A model generated the notes under the pieces. It saw only the letters and a list, made by a program, of their open reading frames with translations, had not been told where the DNA came from and did no database searches. A DNA stretch of 36,545 nt from Nemertoderma westbladi (lineage: Eukaryota > Animalia > Xenacoelomorpha). Every line of letters starts with the position of its first letter. Within the stretch, counting starts at the first letter, position 1. Where the stretch lies: positions 1 through 36,545 of the forward strand of contig JAUCBJ010000789.1 in assembly GCA_032718475.1 (NCBI GenBank), in the 5' to 3' direction. Made by a program: the position numbers and the translations under genes. Below are positions 1 through 30,886 of this stretch, in pieces.

Positions 1-400
1 GCCCTTAAATCCTGCTGGTTATCACTTGGTAGTTTAGCCCATCGTTATACTAGCTTAGGTATATTAGTGCAATACACACCGTTTATGTTACACTGCTTCC
101 CTGTAGGAAGGTTGCCCCATGGCCCTGCTTTCTGTATCTGCATATAGGATTTGATCATTCTTAGTAGGCCTATTCTACCTTATTCTTAACGTGTTTTGCA
201 CCAGTAATTCTTGTATTTGTTTGAACATATAAGTAGAACCGATCTGGAGATACCCTATGTACTGATGTAAAACTTATTTTCAATATACGTAACTTGACAT
301 AATTATAACTACGTCTTTTCAAGATTAAATAGGCCTAATGAAATAACGATCCCGACGAAACTCGAAACCACAACGCCAATTCCAAATTCTGTGGTTTACA
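1..400 (+). repeat. 5' LTR (truncated by window edge)
   Basis: Matches 7607-8006 with one visible mismatch (A24 vs G7630); ends in ...GGTTTACA. Confidence 0.97.
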
Positions 401-403
401 TTC

Positions 404-421
404 TGGTTCCGATGCCGGGAA
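404..421 (+). other. Primer-binding site, tRNA-Glu-like
   Basis: TGGTTCCGATGCCGGGAA begins 3 nt after the LTR. Its reverse complement TTCCCGGCATCGGAACCA resembles a tRNA 3' end with CCA. The Glu assignment is from memory of tRNA ends. Confidence 0.75.
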
Positions 422-519
422 ACCTGGTCTAAAGGTTTCCACGTCACAGATTATCCTTACCCTCGGAGTATCCACAATCCATCGCTGGACAGTTCAACTA
501 TCCGTTGCCTTCTCTCGAT

Positions 520-3252
520 ATGTCGGACGCGGAGTCTGACATCGTTAGTGGAGCCACGTCGGGTGGTCTCCCCGCCAAAGGGAATGGTTCGTTTCATGGT
601 AGTCTGAGCTCTCCTCGACTCGGCGATGGAACTACGACATCCGATGGTGAGGATAAATCTCGACTTGAACCCTTGGAATCCCGACCCGGTTCGAGTGATA
701 CCGGTACGCGTTTCGAGGGTTTCGATACCGCGGACCTAGAGGTCCTAGACCCTGATATTGCGTTCTATCCTGCGGATGATTTAGAGGCTAGCCCTGCAGT
801 TACCGACAGCCAGCGACCCATCCGATTGAAAGACGCGAAGATTACTCGAGCCAATACCAAGCGGAGGCTCACTTGTTTGGCTGCCAAGCTTCATTCTCTA
901 GTCGATTCCCGTGGCAGTCGCACCTTAATCCAGGGCTTCCTAGGGGAACTCAACGAGGACTTTGACGACTGTGTTCGATCTCACAGTAAGTGTCTTCAGT
1001 ATCTGGATCCCGGAACCGATTCTAAGTCTAAAGCCATAGAGGAGGAATGGTTGGCTGCCGTCCGCGAGGGTTATCGGCGCTGTCGGAGTGAAGCTGAAAG
1101 TTACCTCGCCTCCCGGAGAGGCGAACCTTCTTCAGCTGGTGGAAGTAAATCCAAGGTATCCTCCTCGCGATCCCCGGGAGGTGGTATTAACTCCTCGAAG
1201 CGGCAACTGGAAGAGAAAAGATTAAAACTCCAGCAGTTCGAAAGGGATCGGGAGCTTCGCGAGAAGGAGCTAGCGCTCAACAATAGGAAGCAGCTCCGTC
1301 GCCTCCAGAACGAGGTGGAGCTGCTCGAGTTGTCTGTTCGTACCGAGGAAATAGAAAACAGGGAGGCCGGAGTTGCGAACCTCAGGGAACGGGTTCTCGC
1401 TGATTTCCTTGAGGATGAGGACTCCAACCGGGCCGGCGGGGTCCAACCGGTTCCCAATTATCCTCTCGCATCCAGGAGATCGAATCCTTTCCCAGGTCAT
1501 CCGTTATCCGATCCAGTGACACAGCTCACGGTTGAGTCACCCCGTTACCCGCCTAGTAACGTACCGGTAATTCATAGTTCTAATGAAATTACTAGTAATA
1601 ATATATTACAGAGTTCGTGTCAATCGTGTCCTATTATTGATACAGTGTTTAAACCGTCTCAATGTAATTCTAGCTTAGCTACTAATACTGTAAGTGATTG
1701 TAATATGAATAGAAAATCTGGTGTTATATTTAGTATCTCCAGCGGTTCATTTGTGCAGTCATTACCGGTACCGATTATTAGTAGTGTAGAATCTGTCCCG
1801 CTCCGTGTACTCAATAAGGATACCACCGGTAATAATTTTATAAATATTTCAGTGCCAAACTTTGTAGCTGTAGAACACCCAACCACGGCAACTCTGCCCC
1901 GCTTTAACCAGCGAACTATTTTTCCATTTGATAGTAATTCAATAAATAATTATAAACCTTTAAGTAACTGTAATAGCACTTGGGCTTTATCTAGCCCTGA
2001 GTTTGTACCCCGTGGATTTGCCTCGCCTGATTCTAATTTGGTTAGCGGATTGAAGGGAGTGTGTGCCCCTGTGAGTTATATGTATGGTGGCTCTACCAAT
2101 GATAGTGTACATTGTGTGCCATGTACTGCGACTGGTTTGCGTCCTGAGTATGCGTCTGACCCTGTGTATCGCCCGAGCGGCCAACCCTTTGGGGGTCCTG
2201 AGAGGTGTCCGGGTCGGCCCATTGTTAACGGGCCGGCTAGTGAGCCAGTAGTGTCGGCCACATATGACCTTCCTTCGTTTTCATCTCGTCCAGTTAATAG
2301 ATCCAAAGTATCTGGGCGTGTAGATGATTGGATTGACTCTCCTGACTCCGATGACAGAAGTGACGCGCTTTTTGGTGGTCATGGTCCGATAGATTTGCAG
2401 GCTCTATTTAAGGTACCAATCGATCCATTTGATGGCTCACCCATTAAATGGCCTGGTTTTATTTCATCATTCCGTGCTTTAGTGCATGATAGAATTCCAA
2501 ACGACGCAATTCGTCTCTCTATTCTTAGGAATTTATTATCCCCTGAGATTCGTAATAGTGTAGCTGCTACTATAGATGACCCTACATTGTATTATGAAAC
2601 ATTGAGAGATATTCGCAGAATTTATGGTGATAAACATCTCATTGCTTCTAGCCATATTAAACAGCTTTTTTCTGTCCAAAATGTTAACTCAAGCGATTTC
2701 GAGTCATTAAAATCCTTTTCGCTTAAATTGCATGGCTCAGTATCTGCTTTAGATAAATGTGGATATAAAGATGACCTTTATTCCGCAAATAATTTAAATG
2801 TTTTAGTTGACAAATTGCCAAACCCGCTACAACATGAGTGGAGCAAAAAAGTAGTTGCAATTCAACCTGGGCGTCCGTCTTTAAAGGATTTTGATGACTG
2901 GATTTCGTATAAAGTTAGTTGTGGTCGTGCTATAGAGTCTACACTTAAAATTAGACCCAGTTCTAATACATCTCAGCCCCAGTTTAAACACAATAATAAC
3001 CCTAGAATATTGCGTGAGAAATCTAAAGCAGTAACCCCTAAGTCATCTACATTTTCTCCAACAGTTCTAGCAACGGGGGGAGGACCCTCTAAGCAACTAG
3101 AAAGCGAAAAATGTAGTTGCTGCGAACTGTCCCACACTGTAGAAGATTGTGATAAATTTAAAAAATTATCCCTTGCTGAGCGTGCAGAACTAGTGCGTGA
3201 AAAGGGCATGTGCTTTGTGTGTTTAAAAACTCGGCAGCCGACTGCTCCATAA
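520..3252 (+). CDS. gag: BEL/Pao Gag (long N-terminal coiled-coil/low-complexity region, DUF1759-like capsid region, C-terminal Cys/His motifs)
   Basis: Open frame 505-3252, first ATG at 520. Motifs: FDGSPIKWPGFISSFRALVH, LVDKLP..LQHEW, CSCCELSHTVEDC, CFVCL. Confidence 0.9.
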   Translation: MSDAESDIVSGATSGGLPAKGNGSFHGSLSSPRLGDGTTTSDGEDKSRLEPLESRPGSSDTGTRFEGFDTADLEVLDPDIAFYPADDLEASPAVTDSQRPIRLKDAKITRANTKRRLTCLAAKLHSLVDSRGSRTLIQGFLGELNEDFDDCVRSHSKCLQYLDPGTDSKSKAIEEEWLAAVREGYRRCRSEAESYLASRRGEPSSAGGSKSKVSSSRSPGGGINSSKRQLEEKRLKLQQFERDRELREKELALNNRKQLRRLQNEVELLELSVRTEEIENREAGVANLRERVLADFLEDEDSNRAGGVQPVPNYPLASRRSNPFPGHPLSDPVTQLTVESPRYPPSNVPVIHSSNEITSNNILQSSCQSCPIIDTVFKPSQCNSSLATNTVSDCNMNRKSGVIFSISSGSFVQSLPVPIISSVESVPLRVLNKDTTGNNFINISVPNFVAVEHPTTATLPRFNQRTIFPFDSNSINNYKPLSNCNSTWALSSPEFVPRGFASPDSNLVSGLKGVCAPVSYMYGGSTNDSVHCVPCTATGLRPEYASDPVYRPSGQPFGGPERCPGRPIVNGPASEPVVSATYDLPSFSSRPVNRSKVSGRVDDWIDSPDSDDRSDALFGGHGPIDLQALFKVPIDPFDGSPIKWPGFISSFRALVHDRIPNDAIRLSILRNLLSPEIRNSVAATIDDPTLYYETLRDIRRIYGDKHLIASSHIKQLFSVQNVNSSDFESLKSFSLKLHGSVSALDKCGYKDDLYSANNLNVLVDKLPNPLQHEWSKKVVAIQPGRPSLKDFDDWISYKVSCGRAIESTLKIRPSSNTSQPQFKHNNNPRILREKSKAVTPKSSTFSPTVLATGGGPSKQLESEKCSCCELSHTVEDCDKFKKLSLAERAELVREKGMCFVCLKTRQPTAP

Positions 3253-6200
3253 AGGAACCATGTAAAGCCCCATCTGGGTGTAAGAAAAGGCATCATACAT
3301 TATTGCATGATGCTCCTCCAGTTTACGGTAACTCGAAATCCTCCCGTTTCCGCTCTAAGCATGTCGGATCGACTAGCTGCGACTCTACCCCGTCTACCGT
3401 GGCGCTACAGATTGTCCCGCTTCGTGTACGATCCTCCGCTGGCAAGGTTGTAGAAACTTTCGCCTTATTGGATCCTGGTAGTCAAATATCAGCTGTCGAT
3501 CAAAAGTTAGCCAATGAGCTCGGCCTAAAAGGTAAAGAAACCTCGATTAAAATAGGCACAATCAACTCGGAAGGTAAACCAATAAAGTCTCTGTTAAGCT
3601 CCGTGGAGGTCTTGCCCACAGATGGTGATAGCTCGTTTGAAATATCTGACACCTGGGTATTACCCAAACTTAATATTACACGTCAGCGATTTGATTGGCC
3701 AAAAATCAAGGGTTTTTGGACTCACTTACGCGATTTGAATTTACCGCGCATTGATTCGGATAAAGTGAGCGTTCTATTGGGTGCTGATGTATTTAATATT
3801 ATTCGCCAGTTAGATTATAGGTCTGGTCCACCTGGTTCACCATCTGCTGTTCTTACTAATTTTGGTTGGGCTTGCACCTCGAATGTTCCGCTATTCCCAT
3901 TGTGTGATAGTGAGCGGAGAGATATTTTACATACACATGTAGAAACTACCTCGAGTGCTCGTTCGCTGGTTAATCCAAAGTCCTCAGGTAGTTTGCATGA
4001 TCTCGTAGCCGAATTCTGGAGAACAGAATCATTCGGTGTTAACCCTGGTGGTGACCTACCTCTTTCTAAGAAAGATGCCTTGGCTCTGGAGATGTTGAGA
4101 GACACCACTAGTTGCATAGATGGTCGCTATGAGACTGGCCTATTGTGGCGCTCCCCGTCTGTTTATCTCCCTGATAATTACCAGTCTGCTCTTAGGCGTT
4201 TAAAGTCCACTGAGAGACGCTTAAGTCGCGATTCCTCATTAGAAGTGCGCTATGACGAGATATTGCGAAGCTACATTGATAAAGGATTCGCAGTTAAAGT
4301 TCCACCAGGAGAGCTAGAGGGCCCCCCTGGTCGTGTTTGGTATTTGCCCCACCACCCAGTAATTAATCCTGTTTATCTCCCTGATAATTACCAGTCTGCT
4401 CTTAGGCGTTTAAAGTCCACTGAGAGACGCTTAAGTCGCGATTCCTCATTAGAAGTGCGCTATGACGAGATATTGCGAAGCTACATTGATAAAGGATTCG
4501 CAGTTAAAGTTCCACCAGGAGAGCTAGAGGGCCCCCCTGGTCGTGTTTGGTATTTGCCCCACCACCCAGTAATTAATCCGAATAAACCTAGTAAGATTCG
4601 AATAGTATTCGATGCCTCGGCTCGTTACCATGGTGTTTCCCTAAACGATAAACTCCTCCGTGGCCCGGATTTTCTCGCCAGTTTAGTAGGAGTCTTGTTG
4701 CGCTTTCGAGAGAAACATGTGGCGATTTCCGGAGACATTACTGCGATGTACCACCAAGTAGGAGTGCGGCGTGAAGACCAAGATTGTCTTCGCTTTCTCT
4801 GGGGTGGTGTTAAGCGTGATGGCCCGCCTGCGGTTTATAGGATGTTGAGACAGATTTTTGGTGCCATAGACTCCTCGTGCATCTGTTTTTACAATCTCCT
4901 TCGTACTGCTGAAGATAACAAATATATATTTCCAGATGTAGCCCCCAGAGTGGCTCTGTGTTTTTATGCTGACAATTATTTCGATTCATGCAATACTGAA
5001 TCTGAGGCGATTGAGCGTGTATCTCAGATGAAAGCGCTTCTCTCTTTGGGGGGATTTCATCTTGGGCAGTGGGTCTCATCATCTCGCCAAGTTCTAGGTT
5101 CTGTCCCTTCTTCTGATCTTGCAGACCCTTTGTTGAATCTTGATTTGGACGAATTACCGGTTGAGAGAGCGTTGGGTGTTCGGTGGAACTGTTCGAGTGA
5201 TTGTTTTGTCTTTGAGCACAAAATTTCAGATTCTGATGCGCCCCCTAGCAGGCGGATTGTGCTTGCTAAAGTTGCCTCGCTATTTGACCCATTGGGGCTT
5301 ATCTCCCCGGTTGTATTGGTTGCCAAGGTGCTCCTTCAGGATATATGGAGGCAAGTTACATCTTGGGATACCAAATTGCCTGATAATTTAGTTCTCCGTT
5401 GGCAGTCATGGCTCAAAGACTTGCCCAATATTGATCAAGTGTCGATCCCCCGTTGTTTATTTAATGATAATACCTTTAATTCCAGCACTCAACTTCATTT
5501 ATTTTCAGATGCTTCTGAACTTGGTTTTGGTGCTGTGGCCTACATTCGTACTGTGTATAGTTGTGGAGACATCAGTGTCTCGTTTACTATGTCTAAATCC
5601 CGTGTGGCGCCTGTGAAACAATTGTCCATCCCCAGACTTGAGCTTCAAGGCGCTATAACTTCCGTCCGACTGTCTGGACTTGTACAAAATGAACTAACTA
5701 TTGAGTTTAATGATGTTTATTTTTGGGTGGATTCAGTAACTTGTTTGCGTTGGGTATTTTCGCAAAACTGCCGGTTTATGCCATTTGTTGCCCACCGTAT
5801 TGGTGAGATATTGGATACCGCTGAGCCCCGGCAGTGGCGCTACGTACCTACTGCTGTGAACCCCGCTGATTTCTGTAGCCGTGGTATGAATGCGTCTGAT
5901 TTGACACCTGATCACCCGTGGTTTTGTGGTCCCGATTTTTTGAAATTATCTGAGTCCGAGTGGCCTGATTTCCCTGTGGTTGATTTGAGACCTGATCCGG
6001 ATGATTGTGAAATTAAAGTCACCTTTACTATAAGCTGTGACGTTATTTGGATATGTGAGTACATAAAACGTTTTTCTAATCTCGCACGATCTCGTATATT
6101 CCCCAATTTACAGCGGTGCATTGCCTGGATTAGCCGTTTTATATTTAATTCTCGCAATAAAGACTGCAGGTCCGGTCCTCTGTCTGTCAGTGAGCTTAAC

Positions 6201-7586
6201 GATTCTTTAACCTTATTAATTAAAGCTGTTCAGTCGTGTGAATACCCCAATGAATTAGGAGACCTGCGCTCAGGAAAGGAGTTGTGTTCCAGTAGTTTCT
6301 TGTTATCTCTGTCCCCTTTTCTTGATGAAAATGGTCTGCTTAGAGTTGGGGGCCGTATAAAGTCCGCAGACTTACCATATTCTACTCGTCACCCTATCAT
6401 TCTTCCACACGACTCACACTTGACTAGACTGATTATCTATGATTTGCACGAGTCTATTGTCCATGAGGGTGAGGAATACACTCTAAATGTATATCAACAG
6501 CAATACTGGTCGCCCAGAGGTCGGTCCCTTGTACGTAAATTGATCAATAGGTGCACTTTCTGTAGAAAACGTAGAGCCCATCCTGAACCCCCGCTGATGG
6601 CCGCTCTCCCCCGCTCCCGTCTCTCACCCGCCACCTTTCCCTTCCTCAATGTAGGTTTGGATTTCTGTGGTCCGTTTCTCGTTCGGCATTTCCGAAAAAC
6701 TGTGAAACGTTATTGCCTTCTAGGCACCTGTCTATTAACTCGTGCGGTTCACTTAGAAGTAACCCATTCGTTAGATACTGATTCATTTTTATTGGCCTTC
6801 CGTCGTCTGATTGCTCGCCGCGGTTCGCCCAGAATTGTCTACAGTGACAATGGTACGAACCTTGTAGCAGGTGAGAAAGAGCTCCGTGTGTGCCTTAAGG
6901 AGCTTAATCAGACAGTAATCTCTGATACTTTGTCTCAAAGAGGCATCCGTTGGGTTTTCTCCCCTCCTTCTGCACCGCACTTCGGTGGCGTATGGGAGAG
7001 GCTAGTTAAATCCTCTAAGAAGGCCTTGAGAGCTGTACTCGGAAATCAGTGTGTAGGAGATGAACTGCTGCATTCTGTTATAGTTGAAGTTGAACACTTG
7101 CTAAACAGCCGTCCCTTGACCCACGTCAGCGTAGATCCTGACGAACCTGAAGCTCTAACGCCGCATCATATTTTGCTTGGTAGACCAAACCCCAATCTAC
7201 CTCCAGTTCTGGTTGACGATTCAGACATAAGTTCTCGTCGTCGTTGGCGCGCTACTCAGGCCTTGACTAATCAGTTCTGGTCCCGTTGGATGAGAGAGTA
7301 TGTCCCGTCTCTGATTGAGAATAGGAAGTGGTTAAAGTCCCGCCGTAGCTTGTGTAAGAATGACATTGTGCTTGTCATTTTCTCTGACACACCGCGCGGT
7401 CATTGGCCCTTGGGTCGTGTTCTAGAGACCTTTCCCGGACGTGATGGAATCGTCCGGACCGTGCGTGTGCTCGTGCGTGGTAAAGAATATACCCGTCCAG
7501 CTGTGAAAGTGTGCCTGTTGGAAGAGGCAGGCGAGGTGGGCCACTTTGAAACTGAAAGTAAATGTAACTCTACTGTCGAGAGTTAG
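3210..7586 (+). CDS. pol: BEL/Pao Pol: last Gag Cys/His motif, aspartic protease, RT, RNase H (peptidase A17-annotated region), integrase; in the -1 frame relative to gag
   Basis: CKAPSGCKKRHHTLLH; protease ALLDPGS; RT WYLPHHPV, RIVFDAS, GDITAMYHQV, FYADN; RNase H FSDAS, IPRLELQGA, FWVDS; integrase H-H-CTFC, GLDFCGP, SDNGTN, GGVWERLV. Confidence 0.96.
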   Translation: MLCVFKNSAADCSIKEPCKAPSGCKKRHHTLLHDAPPVYGNSKSSRFRSKHVGSTSCDSTPSTVALQIVPLRVRSSAGKVVETFALLDPGSQISAVDQKLANELGLKGKETSIKIGTINSEGKPIKSLLSSVEVLPTDGDSSFEISDTWVLPKLNITRQRFDWPKIKGFWTHLRDLNLPRIDSDKVSVLLGADVFNIIRQLDYRSGPPGSPSAVLTNFGWACTSNVPLFPLCDSERRDILHTHVETTSSARSLVNPKSSGSLHDLVAEFWRTESFGVNPGGDLPLSKKDALALEMLRDTTSCIDGRYETGLLWRSPSVYLPDNYQSALRRLKSTERRLSRDSSLEVRYDEILRSYIDKGFAVKVPPGELEGPPGRVWYLPHHPVINPVYLPDNYQSALRRLKSTERRLSRDSSLEVRYDEILRSYIDKGFAVKVPPGELEGPPGRVWYLPHHPVINPNKPSKIRIVFDASARYHGVSLNDKLLRGPDFLASLVGVLLRFREKHVAISGDITAMYHQVGVRREDQDCLRFLWGGVKRDGPPAVYRMLRQIFGAIDSSCICFYNLLRTAEDNKYIFPDVAPRVALCFYADNYFDSCNTESEAIERVSQMKALLSLGGFHLGQWVSSSRQVLGSVPSSDLADPLLNLDLDELPVERALGVRWNCSSDCFVFEHKISDSDAPPSRRIVLAKVASLFDPLGLISPVVLVAKVLLQDIWRQVTSWDTKLPDNLVLRWQSWLKDLPNIDQVSIPRCLFNDNTFNSSTQLHLFSDASELGFGAVAYIRTVYSCGDISVSFTMSKSRVAPVKQLSIPRLELQGAITSVRLSGLVQNELTIEFNDVYFWVDSVTCLRWVFSQNCRFMPFVAHRIGEILDTAEPRQWRYVPTAVNPADFCSRGMNASDLTPDHPWFCGPDFLKLSESEWPDFPVVDLRPDPDDCEIKVTFTISCDVIWICEYIKRFSNLARSRIFPNLQRCIAWISRFIFNSRNKDCRSGPLSVSELNDSLTLLIKAVQSCEYPNELGDLRSGKELCSSSFLLSLSPFLDENGLLRVGGRIKSADLPYSTRHPIILPHDSHLTRLIIYDLHESIVHEGEEYTLNVYQQQYWSPRGRSLVRKLINRCTFCRKRRAHPEPPLMAALPRSRLSPATFPFLNVGLDFCGPFLVRHFRKTVKRYCLLGTCLLTRAVHLEVTHSLDTDSFLLAFRRLIARRGSPRIVYSDNGTNLVAGEKELRVCLKELNQTVISDTLSQRGIRWVFSPPSAPHFGGVWERLVKSSKKALRAVLGNQCVGDELLHSVIVEVEHLLNSRPLTHVSVDPDEPEALTPHHILLGRPNPNLPPVLVDDSDISSRRRWRATQALTNQFWSRWMREYVPSLIENRKWLKSRRSLCKNDIVLVIFSDTPRGHWPLGRVLETFPGRDGIVRTVRVLVRGKEYTRPAVKVCLLEEAGEVGHFETESKCNSTVES
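4159..4579 (+). repeat. Exact 210-bp (70-aa) in-frame tandem duplication in pol
   Basis: 4161-4369 is identical to 4371-4579; VYLPDNY...HHPVINP occurs twice. Confidence 0.97.
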
Positions 7587-7595
7587 GGCCGGCGA
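7578..7595 (+). other. Polypurine-tract region
   Basis: Purine-rich GAGAGTTAGGGCCGGCGA directly abuts the TG of the 3' LTR and includes the pol stop codon. Confidence 0.7.
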
Positions 7596-8006
7596 TGTTA
7601 CAAACTGCCCTTAAATCCTGCTGGTTATCGCTTGGTAGTTTAGCCCATCGTTATACTAGCTTAGGTATATTAGTGCAATACACACCGTTTATGTTACACT
7701 GCTTCCCTGTAGGAAGGTTGCCCCATGGCCCTGCTTTCTGTATCTGCATATAGGATTTGATCATTCTTAGTAGGCCTATTCTACCTTATTCTTAACGTGT
7801 TTTGCACCAGTAATTCTTGTATTTGTTTGAACATATAAGTAGAACCGATCTGGAGATACCCTATGTACTGATGTAAAACTTATTTTCAATATACGTAACT
7901 TGACATAATTATAACTACGTCTTTTCAAGATTAAATAGGCCTAATGAAATAACGATCCCGACGAAACTCGAAACCACAACGCCAATTCCAAATTCTGTGG
8001 TTTACA
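7596..8006 (+). repeat. 3' LTR, 411 bp
   Basis: Starts TGTTACAAAC, ends GGTTTACA; direct repeat of 1-400. Confidence 0.97.
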
Positions 8007-8720
8007 TTTAGTCTCCACCGATAATATTGTTTAAATTGTATAAACTACTGTAACATTCTACGGCAAACCGGTTGCAAATTGCCAATTGGGGTGTCGTTTC
8101 AGCCTTCCTATAGGGTTAATGTTAAACTAATATTGAAAAATTCGTTCCATCGTTCATCGTTCCAAATGCACGGCGGATGTGTTATTTAATGGTTCGTGAG
8201 TCAAAAGTCATCGCCAAAACGGAATTTACGGCACTTTTTTCTTCGGTCACAGATTAACCCCACTTAGTATTTCTGTGTTTGCATAGTCCAGCCAATTTAC
8301 TTTTAAGTGGGAGGTAATCCAAGCTAATTCAGGTGGAATTATGCTAATGCTAACTAGGGATCACAACAAAACGATACTGAGTATTTGGCAGTTAACGAAA
8401 CGAAAAAATCTATCGTACAACTCAATAATACCTTATGGAATCGCCAGCAAGCTGACCCGCTATTCTTACCTTAAAGTAAATGCCATGCCAATAAACCAAG
8501 ATAGCTTGGTGTACTACGTAGCATGGCTACATGATGTATCATCTTACACTGCTACCAGCTATGTCATGCCATGATGATATGATGTCCTACGAAGTTCTAT
8601 ACTACACTATGATGTATGGAATGTCATGTATCATATGCCATTGATTGCCATATCTGCAGCTGTTCGGGGCCAGCCAACTGTAATAAATTAAACATAGTGA
8701 GTGTCGATAGATGAACTTAC

Positions 8721-30078
<21,358 letters not shown>

Positions 30079-30208
30079 AGTTTAGGTGTTGATCAATAAC
30101 CGATATTAAGATATTTTTATATAAGAGTACAATAATCCATAAACGCAGTGATGCTCAACAGAGTTGCAAACGCCTTCAATAGATATCATAACTTATATAC
30201 AAAGAGGA

Positions 30209-30412
30209 CACTGCCTAACAATAGTGGTCGGACATTGTGATGATGATAATAATTATATAATGATCAACAATTAATTATTGCTGAAACCATAAAAATTGTC
30301 ACTTTCTAAAATGGATAAACGATAAAATACCACGTTGTTTCATGTTTTAATAATTTATTATAAAAATATCATTTATATCTTAACACTCAACAGCCACTAT
30401 TGTTAGGGAGTG
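30209..30412. mobile_element. Small MITE-like inverted repeat ~130 bp upstream of the RBBP6 ATG
   Basis: CACTGCCTAACAATAGTGG...CCACTATTGTTAGGGAGTG (18/19 match); no clear TSD. Confidence 0.6.
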
Positions 30413-30763
30413 CTATTTCAAATGGAGACTTTTACCTGTTATGAAATAAAATAGAATGACATACCGCGCGCATAAAAATCTGCAAGGTTAAGTTAATAAT
30501 TAGATAATTTATAGACCAATGTCAGTGCCGGGTCCACTCCACACATACATAATTTACAAACAATAATATAATATTACTAGCAATACCCCTAACATAAGCA
30601 GTAAATTACATAAAGTGTCAGTCAGTACAAAACAATATGCCCATGGGGTGGGGTCTGGGATAACGTATTTGGGATTGGTTCCACCGGCCAAACCCAACAG
30701 GATACCACAGAGTCCAAGCGAGCCGAAACTAAATATTATGACTTTGAATTCAGGTACCTTGCC

Positions 30764-30886
30764 CGCCCACGGCGCCCAGGTACTCAGTTATCTCACCCGG
30801 GCAATCATGTACCTCGCCCGGCTCCCGATTATCTCACCGGAGCACTCACGCATCTCGCCCGGGCACTCAGGTATCTCGCCCGGGCT
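30764..30886. repeat. Degenerate GC-rich ~21-bp tandem repeat, ~6 units
   Basis: Consensus approximately GGGCACTCAGGTATCTCGCCC. Confidence 0.6.

Larger units (their letters stand above)
1..8006 (+). mobile_element. BEL/Pao LTR retrotransposon, near full length (first ~11 bp of the 5' LTR lie outside the window), probably inside an RBBP6 intron in antisense orientation
   Basis: Direct LTRs at 1-400 and 7596-8006 (TG...CA), PBS, PPT, Gag with DUF1759-like region, and Pol domain order protease-RT-RNaseH-integrase with BEL-type motifs. Confidence 0.97.

Noticed and set aside
1101-6980. Short antisense and alternate-frame ORFs within gag/pol
   Set aside because: Shadow ORFs with no recognisable motifs.
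7586-7596. env-like extra ORF in the BEL element
   Set aside because: The pol stop is 9 bp from the 3' LTR, so there is no room.
8007-8119. piggyBac-like end (GGGTTAA) suggesting the LTR element landed in a MITE
   Set aside because: The matching end would lie outside the window, so it cannot be supported.
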